A DNA stretch of 63,881 nucleotides, filler included, from Octopus bimaculoides (taxonomy: Eukaryota): the NCBI RefSeq assembly GCF_001194135.2. It is 4 parts of 3 records of this genome, joined end to end, with 100 filler letters (N's around TTAATTAATTAA, not from the genome) between each part and the next. Parts side by side here need not be neighbours in the genome. Positions count along the whole stretch, not along the records: positions 1 to 5,611 come from NC_068990.1; positions 5,712 to 25,629 come from NC_068986.1; 2 more parts are not named here. One strand, given 5' to 3'. Below, piece after piece: positions 1 to 14,400 of the stretch. The notes under the pieces were generated by a model that did not search any database, was not told the origin of the DNA, and saw only the letters and a program-made list of their open reading frames with translations. The translations under genes were made by a program, and so were the position numbers. The first letter of the stretch is position 1. Each line of letters opens with the position of its first letter.

Positions 1-258
1 GGATAAAATATATTATACATGCAAACATACACATTTGGAACACATTTTCGAGGATATAAACGAAACATTAATTTTCAACCGTTACAAAATTATGTACACC
101 CTAAAGGAAATTTGCTATATTCAATATAGCAAATTTTGCTGAAAATTTCAATTCTAATAAATTATTTCTCCTGGCATTTTTGCACCGGTCATTGTTATTG
201 CATTTGAAGGAATTCTGGTTTGTGTACCATGGTGTAAATCTTCTTCATTGTGATTAAA

Positions 259-1513
259 ATGGAACCAAAAGGAAAAGAATTGCCTGAAGATTTGAAGAAA
301 ATTATTTTTAATTTGCACAAGAATGATTTAGGATACAAGTTAATTAGCAAAGGAATACATGTTAGCGCATACACAGTCGCCAAAGTAATTCAGAAGTACA
401 AAGCTACTGGACGGCTGAGCAGTAAACATCGTCCAGGTTGACCTTTTATTTTAACTGCGCGTAATATTTGCCACATCCAACGTTGCATGATGGACGGCAG
501 GCATCGTCCCGCTTCATCTTTGGCCCAAGAAGTGTCTCCTGTTAATGGAAAGAGTGTATCCGCCTAAACAGTTCACCGAAGTTTGAATCAGTGTGGTCTT
601 CATGGACGCATTCCTCGTAGGAAGCCTCTCCCCACTACCAGGCATCAATCAAGTCGTCTTTCTTTTGCCGAAACCTATGTGAGTAAGGGGGAAGGAGTTT
701 TGGAATAAAATTCTTTTATCTGACGGTACTGAAATCAACTTGTTTGGGTCAGATAGTATTAACCCTTTCGTTACCAACCTGGCTGAAACCGGCCCTGGTT
801 CTGCAGTACAAATGTCTTGTTTTCAAAAGCTTTGGATTAAAATATTCCACCAAACCTTAGTCACAATTTATGTTCCTAACACTAGCTTAATGATAACTAA
901 GTGATTTTACTAAATTCTTTGTTATATTTAAAATAATTGAAAGAAACACAGAGAATCTCCAAATAAATACAGTAACGAAAGGGTTAAACGAGTATGGCGA
1001 TGACCAGGTGAAGATAATAGCGGCAAATGCACCGTGCCCACCGGGAAACACGGCAGCGGAAGTGTTATGCTTTAGGGATGCATGAGTGCGGTTTGTGTGG
1101 GAGTACTCACATTTATTGAGAGAACAACGAATTCAAGGCTTTATTGTGACATATTGTAGGGAACAATTTTGAAAAGCATCAAGGAACAAGGAAGACATTC
1201 CATATTCCAACATGATAATGACCATAAACACACTTCAAAGATGACGACTAAGTTTTTATCAGATAAAAAGATAAAGGTATTGCTTTGGCCCACCATGTTA
1301 CCTGATTTAAACCCTATAGAATATCTGTGTGCTGCTTTGAAAAGGAAGGTTGAGGAGAAAAAATCCCGCAATGTAATACAGTTGAAATACATCGTTCAGG
1401 ATGAATGGAGGTCGATTTCATTGGTTATAGACGGAAATCTAGTCGACTCCAAGCCCAGAAGACTTAATGCAGTCATTAAAAGCAAAGGCGGTAGCAACAA
1501 ATATTGTATGTAG
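259..1513 (+). pseudogene. Inactivated Tc1 transposase (stops, frameshifts, MITE insertion)
   Basis: The N-terminal HTH region reads MEPKGKELPEDLKKIIFNLHKNDLGYKLISK. Removing the 763-983 insert and one TTAA gives WNKILLSDGTEINLFGSDSIKRVWR*PGE...KHGSGSVML*GCM. The C-terminus QHDND...WPTMLPDLNPIE has 34 residues between D and E. Confidence 0.9.
763..983. mobile_element. piggyBac-like MITE inserted into the Tc1 transposase
   Basis: Perfect 12-bp TIRs CCCTTTCGTTAC / GTAACGAAAGGG, with a TTAA duplication at 759-762 and 984-987; 221 bp, non-coding. Confidence 0.9.
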
Positions 1514-1737
1514 CAAATAATACTTTAGAATATACATAATTTTAATTCGTTTGAAAATTAATATTTCGTTCATATCTTTGAAAATGTTTATTGTTTTGTG
1601 TTCCAAATTTGTATAATGTTTGCATGTATAATATATTTTATTCAGCATAATTTTCGTTCGATTTCCTTCGATATTACCAAAGTAATGGCAATTTTACAGA
1701 TTTTTTTTAAGGATGTACATACTTCTGTGAGATAATG

Positions 1738-1830
1738 TATAATGTATGTATGTACGTATGTATGCATATATGTATGCATATATGCATATATGTATATATG
1801 TATGTATACAAATACACACACATATACACA
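1738..1830. repeat. (TATG)/(TA)/(CA) compound microsatellite
   Basis: Direct reading; it starts at the TA target of the Tc1 element. Confidence 0.85.
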
Positions 1831-2469
1831 CGTTTAAGATTAAAAACGAAAGTGGATGCAACATCTGCTGTATGAGACACAAGGATTAATATTTATTGCA
1901 CTTTTGACTTTGAAAAAAAAAATTATATACTAATGATCAGTATTTTACAAAAACTATATCAGCTAAGCCAATTACCTTCTCTAAATGCTTTAAAAACACT
2001 ATAAAATTTTCAGAACACAATTTCAGAAAATTATCTCCGTTCTCTTTAAGTACACAAAAAAACAAATTTAGGTTGGGCAAAATGAGTACAACAAATGAAG
2101 TGAATTTGCCTCTTCAATTCTCCAAAATTACATTCGCACAAATATTTATTCACATCAATATTCATCCTGGGACATCAGAAAGATCGGAAATGCAATAAAA
2201 ACTTAAAATATCTAGGTCAATTGAAAAAGGATCAGGGGAAAATGGCACATAATATGAAATTAACGAAGCTCAGCTACATATGAAAATTCAACTTAGAATA
2301 TTCTTTGTAGCATCTTTGTGATCTTCTAGAGTGTCACTCTTCCTGATATATTCACGCACCATACAGTTAAAGAGAAGGAATTATTGAAATTAATTAATAT
2401 TCATTTTGCCTCACTTTGGACATCAGTTTCTTTTTGTAAATTGAAAATTGCTAATTAGACATTAGTGGG

Positions 2470-3400
2470 AGGAAAACATTGCCTTGGAATCCAACAGAGA
2501 AAATAATTTTGATTGTTAAACGCCATAAATTATCCAGCTATTTTATTTGCGACCTTAGTTACTATCGGGTCAAAGTCGAGGAAAAGTTTCTTGAAAAGAA
2601 AATACTTTCAGCTGATCATGTTTCAAGCTCTCTCAATTTCAACAACAACCATGCTAACCAATGTTTACTTTCAAAGATGATGCAACAGCACAAAATAATT
2701 ACAGAGAAATCAGAAATTACTCATTTTGCTACACTTACCCATTTTGCCCCATCCTACTCAACACACGACGCTATAAACTTTTTTATTTCTAAGGAAACAG
2801 CTCATAATCCAGTTACAGGAAATCCCACAGACACACACGCCGCACATACACATATAGTACGCATGTATTGGCAATGCACTTCCAAAAATCGTCACGAATG
2901 GCAATCTTTTGCCAGGTGTCACCATTACCATAATGATTCAAGAGAAGTCGTTAGCAGGTTTCAGAAAGTTTTTGTTTGCCCACTTCTGCGAGCTATTTTA
3001 GCATCTATCTTGAACAGACTAAAGCTAATTATGTTGTGGTTGATTTCATAAACAGAAACACGATTAATTTGCATATTATTTGCTACCTCAACAGTAATCA
3101 TGCATCCATTCAGTAGAACAGTATTGCAGATTTATTCAATGTCGTCAGTATTCGAATGTTCGAATGACGTTTTTGATAAATGATACCTTTGTGACAATTT
3201 AAATATTTTTCAATATATTCACAAATAGCCATTTTTCAATTTATTCTTAAACCGGAAAAGCAAGGTTTCCGTATTGTACTGAACTCCTTCGATGAATTTC
3301 AGTTCACAGAAAAAGGATCACTGAACACTACTCTTCTTTATAACAAACTGAAAGCGGACAATAGACTGCAATTCTTCGTCAAAATCTTGTATGTCTAAAT
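2470..3400 (-). mobile_element. Degenerate mariner transposase relic
   Basis: Minus-strand frame-hopping translation gives EELQSIVRFQF, EIHRRSSVQYG, KIAIRDD (cf. RIVTGDE) and TIKIIFSVGFQG (cf. KVMLTVFWDSQG). No TIRs were recognised. Confidence 0.6.
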
Positions 3401-5550
3401 ATTAACGGTTGCTGATGCTTGTCAGAGTTTCTGATGGCAATGCAGTTTTCTTGTATGATTTTAGAAACGGCGTAGATCAAAATATGCTGTGTCTTTTACA
3501 ATTTCACATTTATTAGAAAATTGATCGCCAGTATTTCTGGTGATATGGTCGATCACTTGATGGAACGCTTCCACTAAGTAGCGATCCATTAGATTACCAA
3601 TTTTTCCGTCCTTATCTAGTACCCGAGAATTTGTTTCTTTCCTACAGCTCTTATTTTACTGAATACATACTATATTGCAAAATTACTTTTTTCATTGTCA
3701 AATACTTGATTAGCTCGTTTCAATGAAGAAGAGATTACAAAACCTCTGAGGAGTAGTTCCTGTAGTTTCTATGTGGGGCAAAGCATCTCTGATGTTTATT
3801 TCACCTGTTTCAACGACGTCTCGAGAACTAAAGACAACGGAAAATACATTCATATGGTTGGGAGTTTCTAGAATTCCAATAAAGTATATAAGAAGTACAC
3901 TAATATGATTCAACGATATGAATATACTGTGCTACAACAGCCTCTTACTATAATATATCTCTCACTTTATAGCATAAGCATGTAACGTACTTATAGGCTT
4001 ATATGACAGCAATAAATTATTAAATGAATAGCTTCTCTATAACTTTAACTGTCATATTCAGTAACTAGACAGATTATATGATATTACATTATTATCATAA
4101 TATGCACATTTTACTACAATCATCAACCTGTCTTCCACGTAATTTGGTTCACACTTGTTATTTCTTATTATTATGTTGCTAATTTTCACATTAAGATATA
4201 TACAGTTTAACTTTAATACATTGTAATTGTTATACAGAGCTGAAAGCGTAATTGAAAAAAAGTTTTAATTTAATTATCATATAACGACAATAAATAATCA
4301 CACTAAAAAAAGAAAATGTGATCGTTAGAATAATAAAATACGCTTCAGTAAGCATGGAAAATTAAGAAATAAATCTTTTCCTAAGCGAACATGTCTGCTA
4401 ATAAATATGCTAATAAAGTATACTAATAAATACACTACCATCCTCAGTCTACATGTTACCAAAGACAGTAGTTTTGTTAAAGACACGAACAGGCCAAAAG
4501 GATCCCCTTTACGTCTTCTTTATGTTATCATTGCACGCCGGCTGTCCTCTGAAAAACCACTTAGATGTTGTAAACTCAGTGCTTATGTGTATTGCGTGAA
4601 TACAGAGAGCAAACGATTCCTGTCCATTCTAAAAAATAAAAAAAAACAGCAGGCATTCCAATTTGTTCAATTTAAGGGAAAATTCGGTCGTTATGTCTTT
4701 ACCTTCTCTTAGTTCTCTTTTAAGAAACCAGCACCAATTGAGACCCAAGATAGATTATCCATCCAGTGAAAAACACCCATCAGAATGGACTTGTCTCTCC
4801 ATCTCTCAGATCAAAGTACATTGATTCTTCTTGATTTATCTTTGCTCGTGTCATCCACTCATTTTCGGTTTGGTACATGCCGCTTCGATTTCAGAGGGGG
4901 CGGTTATTATGATTACTATGAACTAAAAAGTATATCTCTAGTCGAAAAGAAATAGAAGATCTGGCTATAGTGTTAACACTGTTGTACAGAACTCGATATA
5001 ACAGTTTTTGGAAAATTTCCAGACAGGTCTGTATAGTAGAATGGATACCTTTCCCAGTCGATGTAGTTCTACTTTATATTGTTTACGAGATGTTAGTCTA
5101 TGGTCTTCTACTTATTTCATGATTGAATTTAAGTTTGCAATGTTGAAGCTAGTAAATGAAATAGTTTTGCTACCAGCACTTAGAAATTATATTTACTCTT
5201 CTGTCTGAGGTGCGTATCGTTTAGGTGAGGAAATTTTCGTCGTTGCAGAGGCCACAGAAATTTACACAAAGAATGTATTTGTTATTGAATGGTAGTATAG
5301 ACTAGGCAGTATTATATCTTTCATACGTATCTCGAAGGATGGATTTAACCTTTAGGCACCAACTATCGAAGCTGCCTTTGCATACTTCAATATATGAACT
5401 AGAAAAGTTTCATGTTTCCTTAGACTGAAGCAGTAGCTTAATAGATGAGTGTTTTAGTTTTGGGTAAATCGAACGGTTGCGGTTATTTATTTCGGCATTT
5501 TGTCCCGCATGCTAATGATTCTTCCGGTTCGCCATCTTAATAAAAATAAA

Positions 5551-5611
<61 letters not shown>

Positions 5612-5711
5612 NNNNNNNNNNNNNNNNNNNNNNNNNNNNNNNNNNNNNNNNNNNNTTAATTAATTAANNNNNNNNNNNNNNNNNNNNNNNNNNNNNNNNN
5701 NNNNNNNNNNN
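5612..5711. other. Artificial scaffold join (44 N + TTAATTAATTAA + 44 N)
   Basis: The identical 100-bp structure occurs three times in the window, and the 12-mer encodes stops in all six frames. Confidence 0.9.
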
Positions 5712-5768
5712 CTTCGCATTTCCCTTTTATTTGTATTCTTTTGAACTCGCTAAGAAACTTCGCTTCTG

Positions 5769-5769
<1 letters not shown>

Positions 5770-5819
<50 letters not shown>

Positions 5820-6269
5820 TATCAATGTGTGTTTTTTCGTTTTTCCGTGTTTTGTTTGTTGTTTGTGAATTCACTGTTGCTTGCTACATTTCTTTCTTTC
5901 CTTCTTTCTTTCTTTCCTTCTTTCTTTCTTTCTTACTTTCTTTTCCTGTTTATTTTTCTTTTAATATTTCCTTAATTTTTTTATTTTTTTCTTCTCCCTT
6001 AATTCCAATCTGTCATCTTTCTTTCTTTTTCCTATAATTTCTTTCTTTTTTTCCTTTTTTCTCCTGGTTTCTTCTGCTCGTTTTTCTGCTTCTTTTTTAA
6101 AATTCTTTTTCAATTTGTTCTTTTTATATTCATCATTCTTTCTCAATTTCTTTCTTCATATTTGTTTTTCTTTTCTCTTTGTCATTCATTATTATATTCT
6201 GTCCCTTCATCTTCCGGTATTTTTTTTATTTCGTTCACTCATTCTCATTTTCTTATTTTGCCTATCATT

Positions 6270-6304
<35 letters not shown>

Positions 6305-6570
6305 GCTTTTTCTGGCTTTTCAGGTAATTCCATTATTTTACTGCCCCCTTCTTTTGCCTCTGTTTTACTTTTTCCTAATTTTATATATGTTTCCATTCCT
6401 TCATTCTTTCTTTTACAGTTTCATTCGTTCAAAGTTTCTTCGTTTCATTTCCGTTATCAGAGAGTCTTATAATTTTCCAAATAAACCAAATGCTTTGATA
6501 TTTTTTTTTTATCTAATTTTCCTTTATTCTTCAATAAGAATATCATATTTTGTTATCAGTTTTCTTCTTC
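5770..6570. repeat. (TG)n followed by a ~700-bp pyrimidine-rich low-complexity tract
   Basis: (TG)n at ~5771-5815, then TTTC/TTCC/TTTT-rich sequence with strong strand skew. Confidence 0.85.
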
Positions 6571-6865
6571 TAAATTCTCCGTCTTAAAATAACCAGCACT
6601 GTCGGATCCGTCCTAATCGAACTTTCCATCTCAAGCATGATAACCACGACTATGACGATAAAGATGATGATGATAATAGTCATGATGACAATGATGATAA
6701 TGATAATGATGATGATGAAAATCATGATGACAGAGGAGATGATTAAGATAGTTCTTATGATATCGATGACGGTGATCAAACTGAAAACGATGACGATATT
6801 ATGAGAGTGATGATAATAATAGTTTCAAATTTAGATACAAAGACAATATTTGACATCTTAATATT

Positions 6866-7005
6866 TGATTCGTACTTTATTTTATCGACACAGAAAGGAT
6901 GAAAGGCAAAGTGGATCGCGAATGTATTTGAACTCAGAATGAAAGAGTCGAAAGAAATGCAATGAAGCATTTTGTCCAACATGCTGACGACGCTACCAGC
7001 TTCGA
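6866..7005 (-). mobile_element. tRNA-derived SINE with Meta-like central domain, diverged copy
   Basis: Reverse complement of the head/core seen at 7035-7260 (TATCGAC..GAAAGGATGAAAGGCAAAGT...TTTGAACTCAGAA). Confidence 0.8.
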
Positions 7006-7034
7006 CGACAACATAATGTATGTATAATGTATGC

Positions 7035-7260
7035 GGCGAGCTGGCAGAAACGTTAGCACGCTGGGTGAAATACTTAGCGGTATTTTGTCTGCTGCTACGT
7101 TCTGAGTTCAAATTCCGCCGAGGTCGACTTAGCCTTTCATCCTTTCGGGGACGATAAATAAAGCACCAGTTATGCACTGGGGTCGATGTAATCGACTTAA
7201 TCCGTTTGTCTGTTCTTGTTTGTCCCCTCTATGTTTAGCCCCTTGTGGGCAATAAAGAAT
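7035..7260 (+). mobile_element. tRNA-derived SINE, full length, tail type A
   Basis: A-box-like TGGCAGAAACGTT and B-box-like GAGTTCAAATTCC, core GCCTTTCATCCTTTCGGGG..GATAAAT, and tail TGTCCCCTCTATGTTTAGCCCCTTG..AATAAAGAA. More than 8 related copies lie in the window. Confidence 0.9.
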
Positions 7261-7325
7261 ATGTATGTATTCTCTTGCATATTGTTGCATATCTAGACAT
7301 GCTCTTATATACTTGCATGCATCTA

Positions 7326-7365
<40 letters not shown>

Positions 7366-8156
7366 NNNNNNNNNNNNNNNNNNNNNNNNNNNNNNNNNNN
7401 NNNNNNNNNNNNNNNNNNNNNNNNNNNNNNNNNNNNNNNNNNNNNNNNNNNNNNNNNNNNNNNNNNNNNNNNNNNNNNNNNNNNNNNNNNNNNNNNNNNN
7501 NNNNNNNNNNNNNNNNNNNNNNNNNNNNNNNNNNNNNNNNNNNNNNNNNNNNNNNNNNNNNNNNNNNNNNNNNNNNNNNNNNNNNNNNNNNNNNNNNNNN
7601 NNNNNNNNNNNNNNNNNNNNNNNNNNNNNNNNNNNNNNNNNNNNNNNNNNNNNNNNNNNNNNNNNNNNNNNNNNNNNNNNNNNNNNNNNNNNNNNNNNNN
7701 NNNNNNNNNNNNNNNNNNNNNNNNNNNNNNNNNNNNNNNNNNNNNNNNNNNNNNNNNNNNNNNNNNNNNNNNNNNNNNNNNNNNNNNNNNNNNNNNNNNN
7801 NNNNNNNNNNNNNNNNNNNNNNNNNNNNNNNNNNNNNNNNNNNNNNNNNNNNNNNNNNNNNNNNNNNNNNNNNNNNNNNNNNNNNNNNNNNNNNNNNNNN
7901 NNNNNNNNNNNNNNNNNNNNNNNNNNNNNNNNNNNNNNNNNNNNNNNNNNNNNNNNNNNNNNNNNNNNNNNNNNNNNNNNNNNNNNNNNNNNNNNNNNNN
8001 NNNNNNNNNNNNNNNNNNNNNNNNNNNNNNNNNNNNNNNNNNNNNNNNNNNNNNNNNNNNNNNNNNNNNNNNNNNNNNNNNNNNNNNNNNNNNNNNNNNN
8101 NNGTGTGTGTGTGTATTTATATTATATAGATATATATGTTTATATTATATTATATT

Positions 8157-8252
8157 ATCTCTGTCTGCCGCTCTCTCGGTCTACCGCTCTCTCGGTCTAC
8201 CGCTCTCTCGGTCTACCGCTCTCTCGGTCTACCGCTCTCTCGGTCTACCGCT
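8157..8252. repeat. 16-bp minisatellite (CTCTCGGTCTACCGCT) x5 plus one degenerate unit
   Basis: Five perfect units at 8173-8252, merging into (CT)n. Confidence 0.9.
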
Positions 8253-9099
8253 CTCTCTCTCTCCCTCTCTCTCTGCCTTCATCCCTTCTATCTACTGTCT
8301 ACACGTGACCCGTGACGAATTTTCCCGTCTCTGCCTTTTCGCCACCGGTCAACTTCTCTTTTACCAATTCTCATTTTCATATCCATTTTAGGATTTCTTC
8401 TAGGCATTACAAATCATTCTCGTGTTTGTCTGAGAGGTTTTATTTATTGACTTCGTCTATCATTTCAAATTACATTTATTTACCTTCGTACGTCCACCCT
8501 GTATTGTCTTGTTTGCTGGAGCCCTAATTCTACGCAAATCTTGCGGGGTGCTGCCGATATACGAAGTTCTCAGTCTTATAGTTAAAGGCACGAAACTAAG
8601 TTTTAGTATTTTTCGGTCGATAACTGATGAAGAATTACGGTCCCTCTGTGTCTGTCCTATGTGTACGCTTTGTAGTATTTAATGCATTTTTCAGTTATTG
8701 AGTAACTGAACGCCACACATACACGCATACACACAGAGACACAATCACACACAAACACATACACGGACACCATATATGGGCATATGGTTGCAACTGATTT
8801 CTTGAATTCTTATGCGGAATGTACAAACTCATATCCAAGTAGCAAAAAACACGTGTAAATATATGCAAATTCATTTCCTTATTTTCTTTTATATATAAAC
8901 TGAATATCCAGATACTCAAAACTGAAAGACCTGTATAAAAAAAAATAACTATATACATACAAATACATATCAATCTATATAAGATTAACCCGTTAAATAT
9001 TGTCACACGCTCAGATGCGCGCGTATATACGTAGGACAAACACATACACGGCATCACGGAAGACACGACAAAGACTGACACATATGTGAAGGACAGTGT

Positions 9100-11290
<2,191 letters not shown>

Positions 11291-13499
11291 ATACATTACA
11301 TATGTAAACGCATAACTTTCATCAAATCGTTTATGCAATCTCTGTGTCTTACTGCTCAGTCGAAACTTAGTTCCATTGAAGATAAATCTTTTTGTCCTCT
11401 CACCACCCGTCTGAATTTCTCTCGTTTCTGAAATCTGAAGGAAAGGCCAGTGTCTATGATCTTCGCAAATTCTCCGAGACGAATTAGATTTTTTACGGTA
11501 ATGTTGCATTTAATATATTGCAATCAAAACTGCAGAAAAGACATAACGAAGGAGGAGATTACAGAGGGACATGCTCTTTTGAGGAAGGACAAGGCTTGGG
11601 CATCGTGCGCGGTGTGGTGTTTAGACACAAGGGTGAAGAGGCACAGAGAACCGAATGGCTGAAAGTGTTTAAATAAAATAGATAGAAGACGAACTAAGTC
11701 TGAGGGTGAAGGTCTATAATAGTAACAAAGAATGGAGTTGGATTCCAATGGAATAGATTCTTGAGAGTTATGCATTACTAGTCGAATGGATTTTTCTAGG
11801 ATGCGATACAGGATAGCTGTGTCCATAGCAGTAACATACATACGTACATATACATAATGTGTGTATAAGCATGTATATATGTATGTATACACATACACGC
11901 ACAAACAAACACCCAAAGATATATGAAATGCAAACAGACGAATTTGTTATCCGCTATTTCTACAATTGCTTCATTAAAAATCTTTATTGTGACGTTAACG
12001 TAATACAGTCAGGGTTGTGTTATACACAAAAACCAAAAGATTATGTAATATGTTATGCCACACTCAACTCATCAGGCTTACTCAATATACAAGTGACCAG
12101 TGACATGCTGATTAGCAACTGTGCAGCAGCAAATAAAATTTCGAATTAGAGTTACCAACATTTAAGAAATATGAAGTGGTTGGTGCTACAATCAGTCAAC
12201 CACGAAGCCGTATAGCAAACTGACGTCGTAAATTATACAATAATTAAAAGGCATATTTAAGATGTCATTAAACGTAGCGACATCACCTACAAAATTGGTA
12301 CTAACAAATTAGTCTTATAAATAGTAGGTAGCAGGCGCCAAGCATGGCATTTGACTCTATCAAAACCGACGTTGTTCTAAGAAAGCAATTTACTGTGTTG
12401 TGGAGTTTAGTACATCAAAGGAATGATATAGATTGTAAATTCCAGCGTTACTTCGTTTACTTACCTCCTCTTGAGTAAAGTATTCCGGTTAATTTCAGAT
12501 GAGACGAGGGAAAAACGAAGGAGGAAACAAAAAGGAAAAGAAAATAATTAATATGTAGAAATTGCCATAATTGATACTTAAATAGAAACAGTATGTGATA
12601 AAGGAGACATCATTTGATGAGAAGCCGGTGTTGTCACAAACAAATAAATAAATGTGTATACTAGGCTAATGAAAGGAATTTAGGCAATAATCAGTGTCAA
12701 CATAAACGCTATGAACTTATACTAGTTGGGTATCAAAATTTAGATTAGAGATATCAGTTTTATAGCTGTTATGTAGGTACAAATTGGAAGGAGACAATCA
12801 ATAGAAAAGGAAGAGCACAACCGATATTCCTACTAAAAACCGAAAAACCATGAATCTCAACGCTTTTGTCAACCAAAACAATTAAAAACATTAAGGTTAA
12901 GTAGATAGATCAGATCACTGGATTAATTATTAACGAATATGATATCATATTTAAGAATATGATGTGTTTTAAGAAAAATCTAAGAGAATATAGATGAATA
13001 ATAAAAAAAATCTATGAAGGTCATACGCCTTAAAGAATTTATTGGATAATAACTAATTATAAAGAATTGTAAAGACCGTAACTAGAGAGGTTGAGGCAAA
13101 TATAAATATATCACATAAGGTTAAAAGCAAACTGAATAAAGTTATGAAATTATGAATTATATAAAATTTATATAAAATGACAATCATTCGGTATCTGCGT
13201 AAGAACTAAGGATGAGGGAAAGCAGTTTAAATATGATCAATTAGTATTAATAGCATTAACATACGCCTAGCTGCCTAAATATAATCCTTGAATTTTATTT
13301 CAGGTAATTAAGTTCTATATTCTTAATTATAGATATTTATCTAGCAGTCGTATATAATACTATCGTAATTGTAAAGTATAAGAAATTTTTACGAATACAA
13401 TGCGGACATTTGATCCTTAATTCCTCCGATCTATCAATAACATCACCCGTGGATCTTAAGTTTTCCAACAATTTCAAAGAGTAGAGATTGCAGCCATGT

Positions 13500-14400
13500 T
13501 TATCATTAACATAAACTTAGCGTGCCTTGTGTTGTTCTACGTTAGATGAAAATCGATATTGTTGTCCTTTAACTCTCAGACCTTTGCGGAGATCAATGTT
13601 GTTTCCGCTTTATCTCGTATACTAAACGTATGAAGATGATAATATATTCTTGATTTAAAAATGGAAGAATGGAACCTAGGCAAGTGAAATTATGTAGATT
13701 AGTTGTAACTTTACATTTATATGCAGCATTTATTTCCCAGTAGGCATTCAATTTTCATTTTAAAATTACATAATCTATTTAAAGTCAGGATAGGAAAATT
13801 GTTACAAAACTATTTTGTGGAACACAGTCATAATCAGTGGAGACCGATTCTTTTATGAAGCTTACCAGCGAGCTCTCGCGTTAGAGCTGTTCTGCGAAAG
13901 CTCTGTTGCTGTTTAAGATATTAGCAAACGCTTCGACAGTATTTGGTATGCAAATATTTGGTTTCTGGCACCCTTTGAAAGGTTTGAATGGTTATTTATA
14001 ATTAGACCATCTAGCAGTTACATATACGGCACTTTCTTTCTTTCTTTCTTTCTTATGTTGTTCATATTGATGATGCTAATACGGTTTATTAAGTTATTTA
14101 ACCTCACTCGTAACATTCAGTATGCCCGAAATACATATTCACCTTTATATTTAATATATTTAATCTGTTTCATCCGCGTAACGGACTCCATATCTGCTCA
14201 ACTTCATCCTTCTTAACCCCGTGGAATTGTTCCGCTGTAGAGACATCGGAATCTAAGTTTGAATCATTCGAGCACTACAAAGTGTTTTCTATACTGAGAA
14301 TCTCTGGATCTCGCCTGTTGACTATATTCACTTTTCAATGTTTTCTTCATTTTAAAGTAGATAGAATATAATCCGAGGGAGATTTTGACTGCTATTTTTA
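13500..14400 (+). mobile_element. Highly decayed CR1/Jockey-like LINE reverse-transcriptase relic
   Basis: 13917-13949 translates DISKRFDSIWY (cf. DISKAFDKVWH); there is a weak PQGS/LFNIY-like stretch near 14120-14165. Boundaries are approximate. Confidence 0.4.

Larger units (their letters stand above)
1..1737 (+). mobile_element. Tc1-family (DD34E) DNA transposon with long TIRs; left TIR runs off the window start
   Basis: Bases 1-100 are the reverse complement of ~1532-1645 (ATAAAATATATTATACATGCAAACAT...AAAATTATGTA). The right TIR ends ...GAGATAATG followed by TA at 1738-1739. A degenerate transposase lies between the TIRs. Confidence 0.9.

Noticed and set aside
2479-3051. 190-aa plus-strand ORF, the longest ORF free of Ns and obvious repeats apart from TE frames
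   Set aside because: No recognisable domain, and it lies antisense to a decayed mariner transposase; most likely a chance open frame.
3710-3913. Possible exon or GIY-YIG remnant (plus frame SFYVGQS; minus 67-aa ORF)
   Set aside because: A single short motif without the surrounding GIY-YIG residues or splice signals; not supportable.
4640-4730. Minus-strand LREGKDITTEFSLKLNKLE as candidate R-Ras2 exon 4
   Set aside because: Only superficially like LRVKDRDEFPM..GNKADLE. It lacks the G4 NKxD motif and suitable splice sites, whereas the real exons are near-invariant.
7035-7120. tRNA gene calls at SINE heads
   Set aside because: A/B boxes are present, but there is no cloverleaf or acceptor stem, and each head continues into a SINE core and tail.
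8173-8252. Regular repeats as a CRISPR-like array
   Set aside because: The units are contiguous with no spacers, the context is eukaryotic, and no cas genes are present.
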